From Nitrosarchaeum sp. (lineage in GTDB: Archaea; Thermoproteota; Nitrososphaeria; Nitrososphaerales; Nitrosopumilaceae), in assembly GCA_035703205.1 (NCBI GenBank), contig DASSYQ010000057.1:25369-89368 (forward strand): a stretch of 64,000 nucleotides of DNA, in the 5' to 3' direction. The notes beneath the pieces were generated by a model. It ran no database searches and was not told the origin of the DNA. It saw only the letters and a program-made list of their open reading frames with translations. The first letter of the stretch is position 1. Each line of letters starts with the position of its first letter. Positions 45,891 to 55,440 of this stretch are shown piece by piece. The position numbers were made by a program, and so were the translations under genes.

Positions 45891-46933
45891 AATCTATTTT
45901 TTTTATAATTTTTTGATAATTTGCCAATAATTGGAATTTGATTTCCACAAAAATTACATCTGTTTTGCGTATCAAGATTCCAATCTTCAATATCAAAACC
46001 ATATCTCCTGATTACAATATTATTACATTCAGGACAATAGGTATGCTCTAAAGGATGACCTGTCACATTTCCAACATATGCATACTTTAATCCAACTTTT
46101 TTTGCAATTTCATGATGTTTTTCCAAAGTTTTAACAGGCGTAGAATCAAATTCCATCATTTTATAATCCGGATGAAAACGCAAAAAATGGATAGGCATCT
46201 CTGGACCAAATTGATCATAAATAAATTTACATAATTTCTCTGCATATTCTAAACTATCTCCTACTTGTGGAATAATAAGATCCGTTATCTCTACATGAAT
46301 TTTTGTTTTATCACGAATTTCTAATAATGTATCAAAAATAGGTTGAGGATCAGGAACTCCAATAAATTTTCTTGTAAAATTAGGTTCTGCATTACCCTTG
46401 AAATCAATTGTTATAGAATCTAAAAATTCCCCCATCATTTTTACTGATTCTGGAGTATCATATCCATTTGAAACAAACACGTTGTAAAGATTTTTTTGAT
46501 GGGCTAATACCCCACAATCTCTTGCAAATTCAATGAATATTGATGGTTCATTGTATGTATATGCAATTCCATCCGCACCATTATCTAATGCCATTTGTAC
46601 CACTTGTTTTGGAGTCATATCTATGCCCTCAACCTTTCTTCTTTGACTTATATCGTAATTCTGACAGTATTTACAAAGCCAATTACACCCAGTTGTGGCA
46701 ATAGAAAATACCTTAGATCCAGGATTGTAATGAACAACTGGTTTTTTTTCTATCGGATCAACATGCCCTGCAATTACCTTACCATATACAAATAGATCTA
46801 ACTTTCCGTTTTCATTACCACGTATCCCACATAACCCAACTTGTCCGTCAGCCATCTCACAATATCTTGCACATGCAGTACAACGAACTTTTTTGTTCGG
46901 TAATTTTTCATAGAGAATTGCTTCTTTATTCAT
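45875..46933 (-). CDS. AmmeMemoRadiSam-system radical SAM enzyme (PFL-activase-like)
   Basis: N-terminal Cys cluster VRCTACARYCEM..GLCG. The radical SAM motif is CNWLCKYCQNYDIS. Confidence 0.8.
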   Translation of the reverse strand: MNKEAILYEKLPNKKVRCTACARYCEMADGQVGLCGIRGNENGKLDLFVYGKVIAGHVDPIEKKPVVHYNPGSKVFSIATTGCNWLCKYCQNYDISQRRKVEGIDMTPKQVVQMALDNGADGIAYTYNEPSIFIEFARDCGVLAHQKNLYNVFVSNGYDTPESVKMMGEFLDSITIDFKGNAEPNFTRKFIGVPDPQPIFDTLLEIRDKTKIHVEITDLIIPQVGDSLEYAEKLCKFIYDQFGPEMPIHFLRFHPDYKMMEFDSTPVKTLEKHHEIAKKVGLKYAYVGNVTGHPLEHTYCPECNNIVIRRYGFDIEDWNLDTQNRCNFCGNQIPIIGKLSKNYKKNRFHFVR

Positions 46934-46991
46934 TGCAAATTATTATGCATGATTTTCCCATATAAGGTGCATCTATCGTAATCCTAAAAGT

Positions 46992-47510
46992 ATGGAAAAT
47001 ACAATACTTAGCATGAGCAAACCTGGAAATATTTGGAGAAAAGTTCACGGTAAAATTACTAAAAAACCAACTAATTTCTCATGGTTGATTGAGAATAAAC
47101 TAGCAGGCTCTGGAATACCTACAAGTTTTGATGAATTAGATTGGATTCTAAAACAAGGTGTCACGTCAATTGTAACCATGACTGAAAATGCATTACCTGA
47201 AGAATGGGTAAGTGATATTGGTTACTTGCATGTACCTACGCCGGATCTTACTGCCCCAGATATGGATAAAATAGACACTGCTGTTGATTTTATTCATAAA
47301 AAAATTTCTAATGATCAGGCAGTAATGGTTCACTGTGCAGCTGGAATGGGAAGAGCAGGAACTATACTAGCTTGCTACTTTGTGAAATATCAAAAATATT
47401 CTGCAAAAGATGCAATTAAAAAAATTAGAAAAGAAAGACCAGGTTCAATCCAATCTGAGGTACAAGAATTAGCAATTACTTTCTATGAAAAACATGTAGA
47501 AAATAAATAA
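46992..47510 (+). CDS. Dual-specificity protein phosphatase
   Basis: C-x5-R active site VHCAAGMGRAGT. Confidence 0.85.
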   Translation: MENTILSMSKPGNIWRKVHGKITKKPTNFSWLIENKLAGSGIPTSFDELDWILKQGVTSIVTMTENALPEEWVSDIGYLHVPTPDLTAPDMDKIDTAVDFIHKKISNDQAVMVHCAAGMGRAGTILACYFVKYQKYSAKDAIKKIRKERPGSIQSEVQELAITFYEKHVENK

Positions 47511-47511
47511 C

Positions 47512-47658
47512 CTACATAAATTGTGATACTAATTTTCCATCAACAATCTTAATCTTTAATATTTTATTTCCCTGAAACACTAAAGTTATTCCACCATCAG
47601 AATCAGGATCTTCCACCTTTACCAGTTCTATCATTTTAATTTGTTCAAATTTACCCAT
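47512..47658 (-). CDS. Small protein (48 aa), paralogue of 47669..47821
   Basis: Below the track cut-off. My translation is MGKFEQIKMIELVKVEDPDSDGGITLVFQGNKILKIKIVDGKLVSQFM. It aligns without gaps to its neighbour at about 45% identity. Confidence 0.6.
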   Translation of the reverse strand: MGKFEQIKMIELVKVEDPDSDGGITLVFQGNKILKIKIVDGKLVSQFM

Positions 47659-47668
47659 ATACTTTCAC

Positions 47669-47821
47669 TTACTCTGGAATTGATACTGCATCTAGTTTTC
47701 CATCCACTACTTTAATGAACAGAAATCTGTTATCTTTAAAGATAAAGGTAATTCCTCCTTCCTTATCCGGCTCTTCAACTTCAAGTATTGGCTGACCTAA
47801 CAGACCATCATATTTTGCCAT
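47669..47821 (-). CDS. Small protein (50 aa), paralogue of 47512..47658
   Basis: Below the track cut-off. My translation is MAKYDGLLGQPILEVEEPDKEGGITFIFKDNRFLFIKVVDGKLDAVSIPE. Confidence 0.6.
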   Translation of the reverse strand: MAKYDGLLGQPILEVEEPDKEGGITFIFKDNRFLFIKVVDGKLDAVSIPE

Positions 47822-47851
47822 ATTGATTAACTCAAAAAGTTCCTTATATCC

Positions 47852-48388
47852 CTAATTGATCGTGATCTCAATTTCTTTAGAGTTATTTTTAACATTTCCT
47901 GGTTCTGTATAATCATGTTTTTGCCAAGAAGCAAAGACTTCAGCTCCTATCTTGTGTTTTCCTTTTCCTAACTCTGAGGCCTTGAAGACAATTTTTTCAT
48001 TAAAATCAAATAATTCCTGTCTTACTTCTTCTTCAGATAATCTAATAAACGGTTCAAAATTTTTGGCTACTTGAACCCAAATCCTTCTGTCTTTATGAGG
48101 ATTAACTAATTTTGGATTTCTTGTCCAAAAAATCGCAGCCTTTCTGTAAGTATCAATAGTTTTACCGATCTCTTTTTTCCTAAATCCGCCAGAAACCAGT
48201 TTTATACCGTATTTCATTTTGAATGATACGTCATTATTGTTATATGCCTTGGTCCAATTTGCTTCATTGAACGCATCTCTTAGTCCTCCTTCCACTTTAA
48301 AACTGACATTGACTTCTATAGTGTCATTTAATGCGTATTCGTCCTTGTTTTTTACTATTCCAATATCGGAAATCTTACTTTCTACCAT
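47852..48388 (-). CDS. Hypothetical cytoplasmic beta-rich protein (178 aa), first gene of a 3-gene cassette
   Basis: Track ORF with no signal peptide or TM helix. Alternating beta patterns at both ends (TIEVNVSFKVEGG; HKIGAEVFASW; KEIEITI). No recognisable catalytic motif. Confidence 0.5.
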   Translation of the reverse strand: MVESKISDIGIVKNKDEYALNDTIEVNVSFKVEGGLRDAFNEANWTKAYNNNDVSFKMKYGIKLVSGGFRKKEIGKTIDTYRKAAIFWTRNPKLVNPHKDRRIWVQVAKNFEPFIRLSEEEVRQELFDFNEKIVFKASELGKGKHKIGAEVFASWQKHDYTEPGNVKNNSKEIEITIN

Positions 48389-48436
48389 AACCGCTCATAA
48401 TGATTTATATCCACAATAAGTGCTTTTTCCGAATAC

Positions 48437-48715
48437 ATGAATGCTCAAGTAATTAGTTCAGAACCTAAGGAAATTAGCCTTTCTATCACAGAAACTGACA
48501 TAGGAATCTTATACATAATTCAACATGAGCTTCTAAAAGAATCAAACATAGATTTTGCAGGCGTTATTGTAAAACATCCTCTTACTAATGAATGCTGGAT
48601 GAGAATCAATTCAAACACCAAACCAATGCAAGAAATCAAAAAAGCAACAGATTCAGCAATAAAAATGGCCAATGAATTTAAACAATTATTTAATTCTAAA
48701 ATTAAGGTAAATTAG
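48437..48715 (+). CDS. rpoL: DNA-directed RNA polymerase subunit L (Rpo11)
   Basis: 92 aa. The pattern E.DIGILYIIQHELLK....DFAGVIVKHPL corresponds to the HT(L/I)GNxL...V.FAGY..PHPL signature of Rpo11. Confidence 0.7.
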   Translation: MNAQVISSEPKEISLSITETDIGILYIIQHELLKESNIDFAGVIVKHPLTNECWMRINSNTKPMQEIKKATDSAIKMANEFKQLFNSKIKVN

Positions 48716-49027
48716 ATGAAATTTTGCCCCAGCTGTGAGGTCAAATTAAAAAAAGGTGATTCTGGTCTTCAATGTCCAAAATGTGATTATGTAGAGGGAC
48801 AAGAAGCCAAACAAGCAAAAAAAACAATTGAAGAACATGAATCACAATTTAATGTATTAGCTGAAAATGAAACAATGGAGGCATTACCTACAATTAAAAT
48901 TGAATGCGAAAAATGCGGTAATGATGAAGCAGTTTGGTGGATGTTACAAACTAGAAGTGCAGATGAACCTACAACTCAATTCTATAGATGTTCCAAATGT
49001 AGATACACTTGGCGTAATTACGCATAA
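48716..49027 (+). CDS. tfs: Transcription factor S (TFS; TFIIS/RpoM-type)
   Basis: N-terminal Zn ribbon FCPSC...CPKC. The C-terminal ribbon is CEKCGNDEAVWWMLQTRSADEPTTQFYRCSKC, with the acidic QTRSADEP hairpin. Confidence 0.88.
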   Translation: MKFCPSCEVKLKKGDSGLQCPKCDYVEGQEAKQAKKTIEEHESQFNVLAENETMEALPTIKIECEKCGNDEAVWWMLQTRSADEPTTQFYRCSKCRYTWRNYA

Positions 49028-49062
49028 CGTTTAACTGGAACATAAAACCCAAAATAATTAGT

Positions 49063-49809
49063 TTGACTTTCGAAGCAAAAACAAGTGGTTCAGATGATCT
49101 AAAAGCTATCATATCAGCTATATCCACTCTTGTAGAGGAAGCTACGTTTGTTGCAACAGCAGAAGGAATTACTTTTAGGGGAATGGACCCTTCACATGTA
49201 GCTTTAATTGATATATCTTGGCCCAACTCTGCATTTGAAAAATATGAATGTGATAGTGATATAAAATTTGGAGTTAGAATAGATGAATTTTCTAAACTTA
49301 TCAAAAGAGCTGATAAAAAAGACAGTATAGAAATTAGTATTTCTGAACAAAATATGTTGCTTGTAACAATTGGTAAAAATAAGAAGTATAAAATGCGTTT
49401 AATTGAAAGCTCTGCAACTGATACACCATTACCAAAAATTCCATATGATTCTAAAATTACTTTGTCATCTTCTAGATTTGATAAGATTTTGGGTGATGTT
49501 CAAGTTGTATCTGATTATCTGACTATTCATACATCTGATTCTAAAGCAGATTTTTCTGGAAAAGGTGATTCCGGCGAAGTTGTAATTGATCTTGAAAAGG
49601 ATACAGATGAAATAGGTGAAATATATTCAAAAGAAGATAGTATTGGTACGTATAGCCTTGAATATCTTAATCCTGTAGTTAAAGCAGTAGGTACAACTGC
49701 AGGTCAAATTACATGTGAATTTTCCAGTGCAAAGCCTCTAAGAATTGAATTCAAAGTAGCAAACATAGGCAGAATTCACTTTTATTTGGCTCCACGTGTA
49801 GAAAGTTAA
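49063..49809 (+). CDS. pcn: PCNA sliding clamp
   Basis: 248 aa with a two-domain beta-alpha repeat. The N-terminus (FEAK....LKAIISAISTLVEEATF.ATAEGITFRGMDPSHVALIDI) is typical of archaeal PCNA. TTG start. Confidence 0.88.
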   Translation: MTFEAKTSGSDDLKAIISAISTLVEEATFVATAEGITFRGMDPSHVALIDISWPNSAFEKYECDSDIKFGVRIDEFSKLIKRADKKDSIEISISEQNMLLVTIGKNKKYKMRLIESSATDTPLPKIPYDSKITLSSSRFDKILGDVQVVSDYLTIHTSDSKADFSGKGDSGEVVIDLEKDTDEIGEIYSKEDSIGTYSLEYLNPVVKAVGTTAGQITCEFSSAKPLRIEFKVANIGRIHFYLAPRVES

Positions 49810-49844
49810 AGCATTTAAAGATTAACTAATTCAGATACTTTGAA

Positions 49845-51248
49845 TTGAGACTTGTAATAAAATATGGTGGAACATCAATTTCGTCTGCTAAAGATATTCA
49901 AGGTATTGCTAACTACATTAATTCATTATCCAAAAATAATGAGATAGTAATAGTTTGTTCTGCAGTTAGTGGTACTACTGATGATCTAATTGAAATATCA
50001 CAATCCATAAAAAAAGAAAACAAAGACAAAGCTGAGCAAATAGCATCAAAAATTATCAATAAACATAAGCAACTTGCAAAACAAACAATCAAAAAACCAA
50101 CAATTAGAAAACAATTATTAGAAAAATTAGATACTGATTTCCGAGAACTTTTTTCATTAATTGAAGGCATGGTTCTATTGGGAGAAGTAACTCCACGATC
50201 AATGGACTATCTGATATCATTTGGAGAACGTCTTTCAATAAAATTAATTTCTTTTGCAATTAGTGATATAGGTAAAAAATCAATCCCTCTAACTGGTAAA
50301 GAAGTTGGAATTGTCACTGATTCAAATTTTGGTGAATCTAAACCATTAATGGACACTACAAGACTTAGAGTTTCTAAAACTATAGATTTACAATTTTCTA
50401 AGAAAACAATCCCAGTAATAGGTGGATTTACAGGAGCAGATCAACATGGGCATGTCACTACATTTGGTCGGGGGGGTTCAGATTATACAGCAACAATTAT
50501 TGGTTCTTGCATAAAGGCTGATGAAATTTGGTTAATGAGTGATATAGACGGATTAATGACTGCAGATCCAAAAATTGTTAAAAATGCCAAATTACTCAAA
50601 GAAGTTTCTTACATTGAAGCAATTGAAATGGCATTATTTGGAGCTAAACAAATTCATCCACGAACATTTGAACCATTGTTAACAAAAAAAATTCCAATGA
50701 AAATAAGAAATTCCTTTAATGTAAAAAATGAAGGAACCTTAGTAACTGATTCTCCTTCAATATCTACTAAAAATACTGTAAAATGTGTGAGTAATATTCG
50801 TCACAATGGATTAATCGACATACGTGGAGGTAGTATGGTTGGAACTCCAGGAACTGCTGCAAAAATATTTGCAACTCTTGCTAAAGCTGGCATAAATGTA
50901 ATGATGATCTCTCAAAACCCATCAGAATCTAGTATCACGATTGTAGTCAAAAATACTGATCTAGATAAAGCAGTTAATGCACTAGAAATGGAACTTTTAG
51001 GAAAAATAATCAAAAAACTTGAAGTAACTACTGATGTTGCAATTATCGCACTTATCGGCTTAGGTATGCGTGGTACAGTTGGTGTTGCATCTAAAGTCTT
51101 TGGTGCGATAGAAAAAAACAAGGTCAATGTTGCAATGATTACTCAAGGTTCATCAGAACTAAATCTAGCATTTGTAGTCAAAGATTCTGATTCTAATGTA
51201 GCGGTTCAGGCTTTACATGATGCATTTGAACTTGATAAAATTAACTAA
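49845..51248 (+). CDS. lysC: Aspartate kinase with two C-terminal ACT domains
   Basis: VIKYGGTSI, TFGRGGSDYTA, and tandem ACT regions (GTPGTAAKIFATLAKAGINV; GVASKVFGAIEKNKVNV). TTG start. Confidence 0.9.
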   Translation: MRLVIKYGGTSISSAKDIQGIANYINSLSKNNEIVIVCSAVSGTTDDLIEISQSIKKENKDKAEQIASKIINKHKQLAKQTIKKPTIRKQLLEKLDTDFRELFSLIEGMVLLGEVTPRSMDYLISFGERLSIKLISFAISDIGKKSIPLTGKEVGIVTDSNFGESKPLMDTTRLRVSKTIDLQFSKKTIPVIGGFTGADQHGHVTTFGRGGSDYTATIIGSCIKADEIWLMSDIDGLMTADPKIVKNAKLLKEVSYIEAIEMALFGAKQIHPRTFEPLLTKKIPMKIRNSFNVKNEGTLVTDSPSISTKNTVKCVSNIRHNGLIDIRGGSMVGTPGTAAKIFATLAKAGINVMMISQNPSESSITIVVKNTDLDKAVNALEMELLGKIIKKLEVTTDVAIIALIGLGMRGTVGVASKVFGAIEKNKVNVAMITQGSSELNLAFVVKDSDSNVAVQALHDAFELDKIN

Positions 51249-51287
51249 AAATAAAATAATTTAAGGGAACAATTTAAAAGAATTCCA

Positions 51288-52748
51288 TTGAATAGATTAT
51301 TTATTGTCTTTATTCTAGGTATTTTTATCACAGGTATTCTTACAATTTCATTAATTTCTGATAATTTTGTTGACGCAAATTCTACAAAAAAAATTAATTT
51401 TACTAAAACAATCACTTCTTCCCAAGATCCAGGACAAGGGCATGAAAATCATCAGCTAGCATTAATTTTATCACCCAATGAAGGTACTCTTTATGATGGT
51501 TCAATGACATTTACGTCAAGTGAACCTGTAGAAATTGTTGTTTTACATGAAATCAGTAACAATGATGCAAAAGGACAACCAACATGGACTATTGATGGAA
51601 ATACTATCTATGCAATCTCTTTAAGTGATCTTAAAACCAAATCTGGTTCCTTTGAATTTACTGGCGCTGCTTTAGCACTACATTCTATAAACTCAAAAGA
51701 ATTCACCGCCACCGTTAGTGTTGATGGTTGGACCAGAGGACAACCAACTGAAATAATCATGCAAAAAATTGAAGTGCAGAAAGAACCATCACTATTATTA
51801 TCAAGATCAAATGTTGCTGCAACAATTCCAATGCATGAAGGACTCTATAATGGCAATTCAACTTTTTACATTATAACAGATTCTAGCCAGCAAGAATATG
51901 CTGAAATGATTACCAAAAAACAGGGTTGGAAAGTTGAAATTGCTCCATCAATTGAAAAAATATCCGAAGATACTCTACAAACAATATTCATTTTTAAAAA
52001 CGGAGTTAAAGGAGATGGAATATATCGACATCAAAAAGAAATTTTTTCTAGTACACCATCTCAAGAATTAGAATACAGTGGATTAAATTCTGTCATTGAA
52101 GTTACATGGAAAAAAGGTCAAAATGCAATGATTCTTGGATCATATGAGGAAGTAATGGATGCAGAAAAAGATGGAAGAGTTGAATTTAATAAAACTGGCG
52201 TAGTAATCAATGCACCGCAAATACTCTGGCCTGGAGGACAGATGTTAGTAAGAGATGATAAACAAATTACAGATGATTTGGCATTTAGTGGGGGTCAAAT
52301 TACTGAACTTAACAAAGATGAGATGACAGTAACATTTGTTGCTCATCGTGGATGGGGACCAGATGGAAAAACAATTTACTACATAGTAACTGATGCAACA
52401 CCATCTGCTCCAGCTGAGATGATTGGTGTTCCATTTTCACCCACATCTGAAAATCTACTTACAAATTCATCTGCAGCTGATCTATTTCAATTCAAAAATG
52501 GGATAAAAGGTTCTGGACCTCTAGGATTTCAACCAATAATAGTCACAGTTACTCCTGAAAATAAAAATTACAGTCCTATATGGCGAATCTATAATGTAGA
52601 ATGGAATAATCCAGAAAATGCAAAAATTCTTGAAACAATATCTGATATCAATTCATTTAAAGCAAGTGATCTGATTTCGGTTAGTTTAGCCCGCCCTATG
52701 AATAGTCATCATATGATAAATAGCCCACTCATAGATCCATTCCAATAA
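51288..52748 (+). CDS. Secreted or anchored protein with an internally duplicated domain, unknown function
   Basis: An N-terminal hydrophobic helix. Two ~110-aa repeats share (F/Y)YI(I/V)TD...AEMI...F.FKNG.KG.G...YS......V.W. Confidence 0.5.
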   Translation: MNRLFIVFILGIFITGILTISLISDNFVDANSTKKINFTKTITSSQDPGQGHENHQLALILSPNEGTLYDGSMTFTSSEPVEIVVLHEISNNDAKGQPTWTIDGNTIYAISLSDLKTKSGSFEFTGAALALHSINSKEFTATVSVDGWTRGQPTEIIMQKIEVQKEPSLLLSRSNVAATIPMHEGLYNGNSTFYIITDSSQQEYAEMITKKQGWKVEIAPSIEKISEDTLQTIFIFKNGVKGDGIYRHQKEIFSSTPSQELEYSGLNSVIEVTWKKGQNAMILGSYEEVMDAEKDGRVEFNKTGVVINAPQILWPGGQMLVRDDKQITDDLAFSGGQITELNKDEMTVTFVAHRGWGPDGKTIYYIVTDATPSAPAEMIGVPFSPTSENLLTNSSAADLFQFKNGIKGSGPLGFQPIIVTVTPENKNYSPIWRIYNVEWNNPENAKILETISDINSFKASDLISVSLARPMNSHHMINSPLIDPFQ

Positions 52749-52800
52749 AAAATAAAACCACTAAACGGATAAATTACTTGAAAGAAAATTTATTGTAAAA

Positions 52801-53595
52801 TTGACTGGTAAGCTCTACATTGTTGGTGTTGGTCCTGGACATCATGATCATATGACGTTCAGAGCTAAACAAGTAATTGAAGAAAGCGACACAATTGTGG
52901 GATACGAAACTTATGTCAACTTAGTTCAAGATCTTATTGAAGGAAAAACAGTTCATCGATATGCAATGACGCAAGAGGTTGAACGTGCTCATCAATGTAT
53001 TGATCTAGCAAAATCTGGAAAAATAGTCTCACTTGTTTCAAGTGGTGATCCAGGAATTTATGGAATGGCAGGATTAATCTATGAAACGCTTGCAGCATCA
53101 AATTGGAATCCTAAAGATGGTTTACAAGTAGAAATAGTTCCAGGTGTTTCTGCTCTAAATTCATGCGCATCAATAATTGGTTCGCCATTAATGACAGATT
53201 TTGCGGTTGTCAGTATGAGTGATTTATTGGTACCATGGGAAATAATAACAAAAAGAGTTGAAGCCGCTGCACAAGGCGACTTTGTGATTGTCATCTACAA
53301 TCCAGCAAGCAAAAAAAGAATACATCAACTAGTAGATACAAGAAAAATTCTTTTAAAATACAGAAAGCCAACAACTCCTGTAGCAATAATTAAAGGTGCA
53401 TTCAGAGACTCACAAACAATTGTTATGACAGATTTAGAAAATCTTTCAAACCACTCTGATCAATTGGGAATGATTAGTACGGTAATTATTGGAAATTCAT
53501 CAACTTATACTTACAAAGATTTGATGATCAATCCTAGAGGTTACAAATCAAAATATAATTTAGAAGAACAAACAAATCCAAAACTCAAAGTCTAA
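52801..53595 (+). CDS. cbiH: Cobalt-factor III / precorrin-3B C17-methyltransferase
   Basis: KLYIVGVGPG..DHMT, TIVGYETY and VSSGDPGIYGMAGL are the CbiH/CobJ hallmarks. TTG start. Confidence 0.8.
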   Translation: MTGKLYIVGVGPGHHDHMTFRAKQVIEESDTIVGYETYVNLVQDLIEGKTVHRYAMTQEVERAHQCIDLAKSGKIVSLVSSGDPGIYGMAGLIYETLAASNWNPKDGLQVEIVPGVSALNSCASIIGSPLMTDFAVVSMSDLLVPWEIITKRVEAAAQGDFVIVIYNPASKKRIHQLVDTRKILLKYRKPTTPVAIIKGAFRDSQTIVMTDLENLSNHSDQLGMISTVIIGNSSTYTYKDLMINPRGYKSKYNLEEQTNPKLKV

Positions 53596-54638
53596 TAACT
53601 TTTCTTGATTGCTTCAAATAATTCTTCACTTAGGTTCAATTTTTCACGAATTGGCGAAATTATCTTAACTAGATATTCTCCAACAGTTTGTTTAAGATCA
53701 GTTGGATGTAATTTTTTATTTGCAAAATCAGATTCTAGCTGATTATAATCTATGTATGTCATATTTCCACCAAATTTTTCTGGTCTTTCTACCTTGATTT
53801 CATTAAATTCATGAAAGATGACGTGTTTTGAAATTTCTAATAGTGGATTATTCTGAATATTTGCTTCTTCACACCATGCTTTTTTGATCTTTGTTCTTAT
53901 TTCGTCATCAGAATTATGAATAAAAACTCCAGAATTAGGATCTGATTTACTCATTTTTCCTAAAATTTGTGAGTCATTTGTATCCGTAGGTTTTGAAAGA
54001 CCAGGTAATAATTTATGATGAACTGCTACTGGAACTTTCCATTTCATTTTTGGAAAAATCTCTCTAACTAACATGTGAATCTTCCTTTGATCCATACCTG
54101 CATGAGCTATATCGACATCCAAAAAGTGAATATCCACTGCTTGCATTGGTGGATACAATAATTTTGCAAGATCTATTTTTTCCTCATTTTCTGATCGTCC
54201 CATGATAGTTAGTGTTCTCATTGTTCTTGCTAATGACATGTGTTTGGTAAATTTTACAAGTTCCGACCAATACTCTGGTTTTTCTTGATAAAGATTTGAA
54301 CCTAAGACAATGTTTGCATCAGGACATACTAATTTGAAAGCATCTTGATAATATTTTGAAACTTTAGAGATCATCTCCCAATTTCCTCCTAATTTATCAT
54401 TGATCATAGTATGCCAATCTGCAAGAAATACGGTACATCTCACACCAGCTTTGATAAAATCATTGATCTTGAAACCTGTACTAATTAAACTACCTAAATG
54501 TAAGAATCCTGAAATTTCCAAACCGATGTAATGTTTTGGAGAAGAATTTGTTTTGAATAATTCAACTAATTCATCATGTGTAACTACCTCTTCAGTAGGA
54601 GGTCTTTCAATTAATTCGATTTTTTCAGTAATATCCAA
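53592..54638 (-). CDS. tyrS: Tyrosine--tRNA ligase (archaeal type)
   Basis: HIGH-like SGFLHLGS and KMSKS. MDQRKIHML, RPEKFGG and KLHPTDLK closely parallel the M. jannaschii TyrRS sequence as I recall it. Confidence 0.88.
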   Translation of the reverse strand: MDITEKIELIERPPTEEVVTHDELVELFKTNSSPKHYIGLEISGFLHLGSLISTGFKINDFIKAGVRCTVFLADWHTMINDKLGGNWEMISKVSKYYQDAFKLVCPDANIVLGSNLYQEKPEYWSELVKFTKHMSLARTMRTLTIMGRSENEEKIDLAKLLYPPMQAVDIHFLDVDIAHAGMDQRKIHMLVREIFPKMKWKVPVAVHHKLLPGLSKPTDTNDSQILGKMSKSDPNSGVFIHNSDDEIRTKIKKAWCEEANIQNNPLLEISKHVIFHEFNEIKVERPEKFGGNMTYIDYNQLESDFANKKLHPTDLKQTVGEYLVKIISPIREKLNLSEELFEAIKKSY

Positions 54639-54738
54639 ATCAAAACAACTTCTGGGATGTAGGTCTATAAAGTTATTTGAAATAATAACTTAATTGGAAT
54701 TTGCAAGATTTGAAATAGTCTAATGATCAATCATTATT

Positions 54739-54945
54739 ATGACACTTGAAGAAGGATTGGAACTCATTGAAAACTACAAAAAAGGTTTACAGAAATTTCT
54801 AGATACATTACCTGAACAAGCAGTACAATTAGGCTCTGAAATGATTAAAATCCTAACAATGAGCTCAAAAAATGAGATTGCAAATCTGGAAGCAATAGAA
54901 AAAGCATTAAAACGTCCATCTAAACACGAATCAGATTTATCCTAA
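54739..54945 (+). CDS. Hypothetical small helical protein (68 aa)
   Basis: Track ORF with an all-helical composition. It is preceded by a 7-bp-arm palindrome at 54721-54736. Confidence 0.35.
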   Translation: MTLEEGLELIENYKKGLQKFLDTLPEQAVQLGSEMIKILTMSSKNEIANLEAIEKALKRPSKHESDLS

Positions 54946-54995
54946 TCATAGAACTGATTTTTATTATTCATTGATAAATCAAACATAGGAATAGA

Positions 54996-55355
54996 TTGAA
55001 AATTATGATTGAGGATAAATGGCAGCGAGGAGAACGAAGAATTATTACAATCATAGAAAAATTTACAACTTATAAAAACTGGATTTCCTTCATGCAATTA
55101 TCAATAGAAGCAAAAATTGAACATCAAACATTAACAAACTATATTGATCTATTGATCAAAAGAGGTATTATCACAGAATACAAAGGGAAAAATAAATCAA
55201 GATTATTTTGTATGTCTGGACATCATGATGATATTGAATATAATGAAAAATTCAGAACTTTTACACAAAAAGATTTAATGAGTAAAGAAGAAGCAAATGA
55301 GAAACTCTCAAAAATATACAAATTAGGAATAGACAATCTTTATCACAAATATTGA
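54996..55355 (+). CDS. Hypothetical winged-helix protein (119 aa)
   Basis: ISFMQLSIEAKIEHQTLTNYIDLLIKRGIITEYKGKNKSRLF looks like a wHTH. The start may be the TTG at 54996 or the ATG at 55005. Confidence 0.4.
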   Translation: MKIMIEDKWQRGERRIITIIEKFTTYKNWISFMQLSIEAKIEHQTLTNYIDLLIKRGIITEYKGKNKSRLFCMSGHHDDIEYNEKFRTFTQKDLMSKEEANEKLSKIYKLGIDNLYHKY

Positions 55356-55440
55356 TTGTTAAATAAATTAAATATCTAAAATGGATTATCCGAGAAATAT
55401 TTTAACAAATGTTGTTTTTTGTTAAATGAAGTAATTGATC

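Noticed and set aside
45875-47510. Considered whether the AmmeMemoRadiSam radical SAM enzyme plus the adjacent dual-specificity phosphatase and cyclase-family protein form a novel modification system.
   Set aside because: The genes are in divergent or convergent orientations with their own intergenic regions. The AMMECR1 and Memo partners are absent from the window. Each is individually a widespread housekeeping-type family, and nothing in the sequence ties them together.
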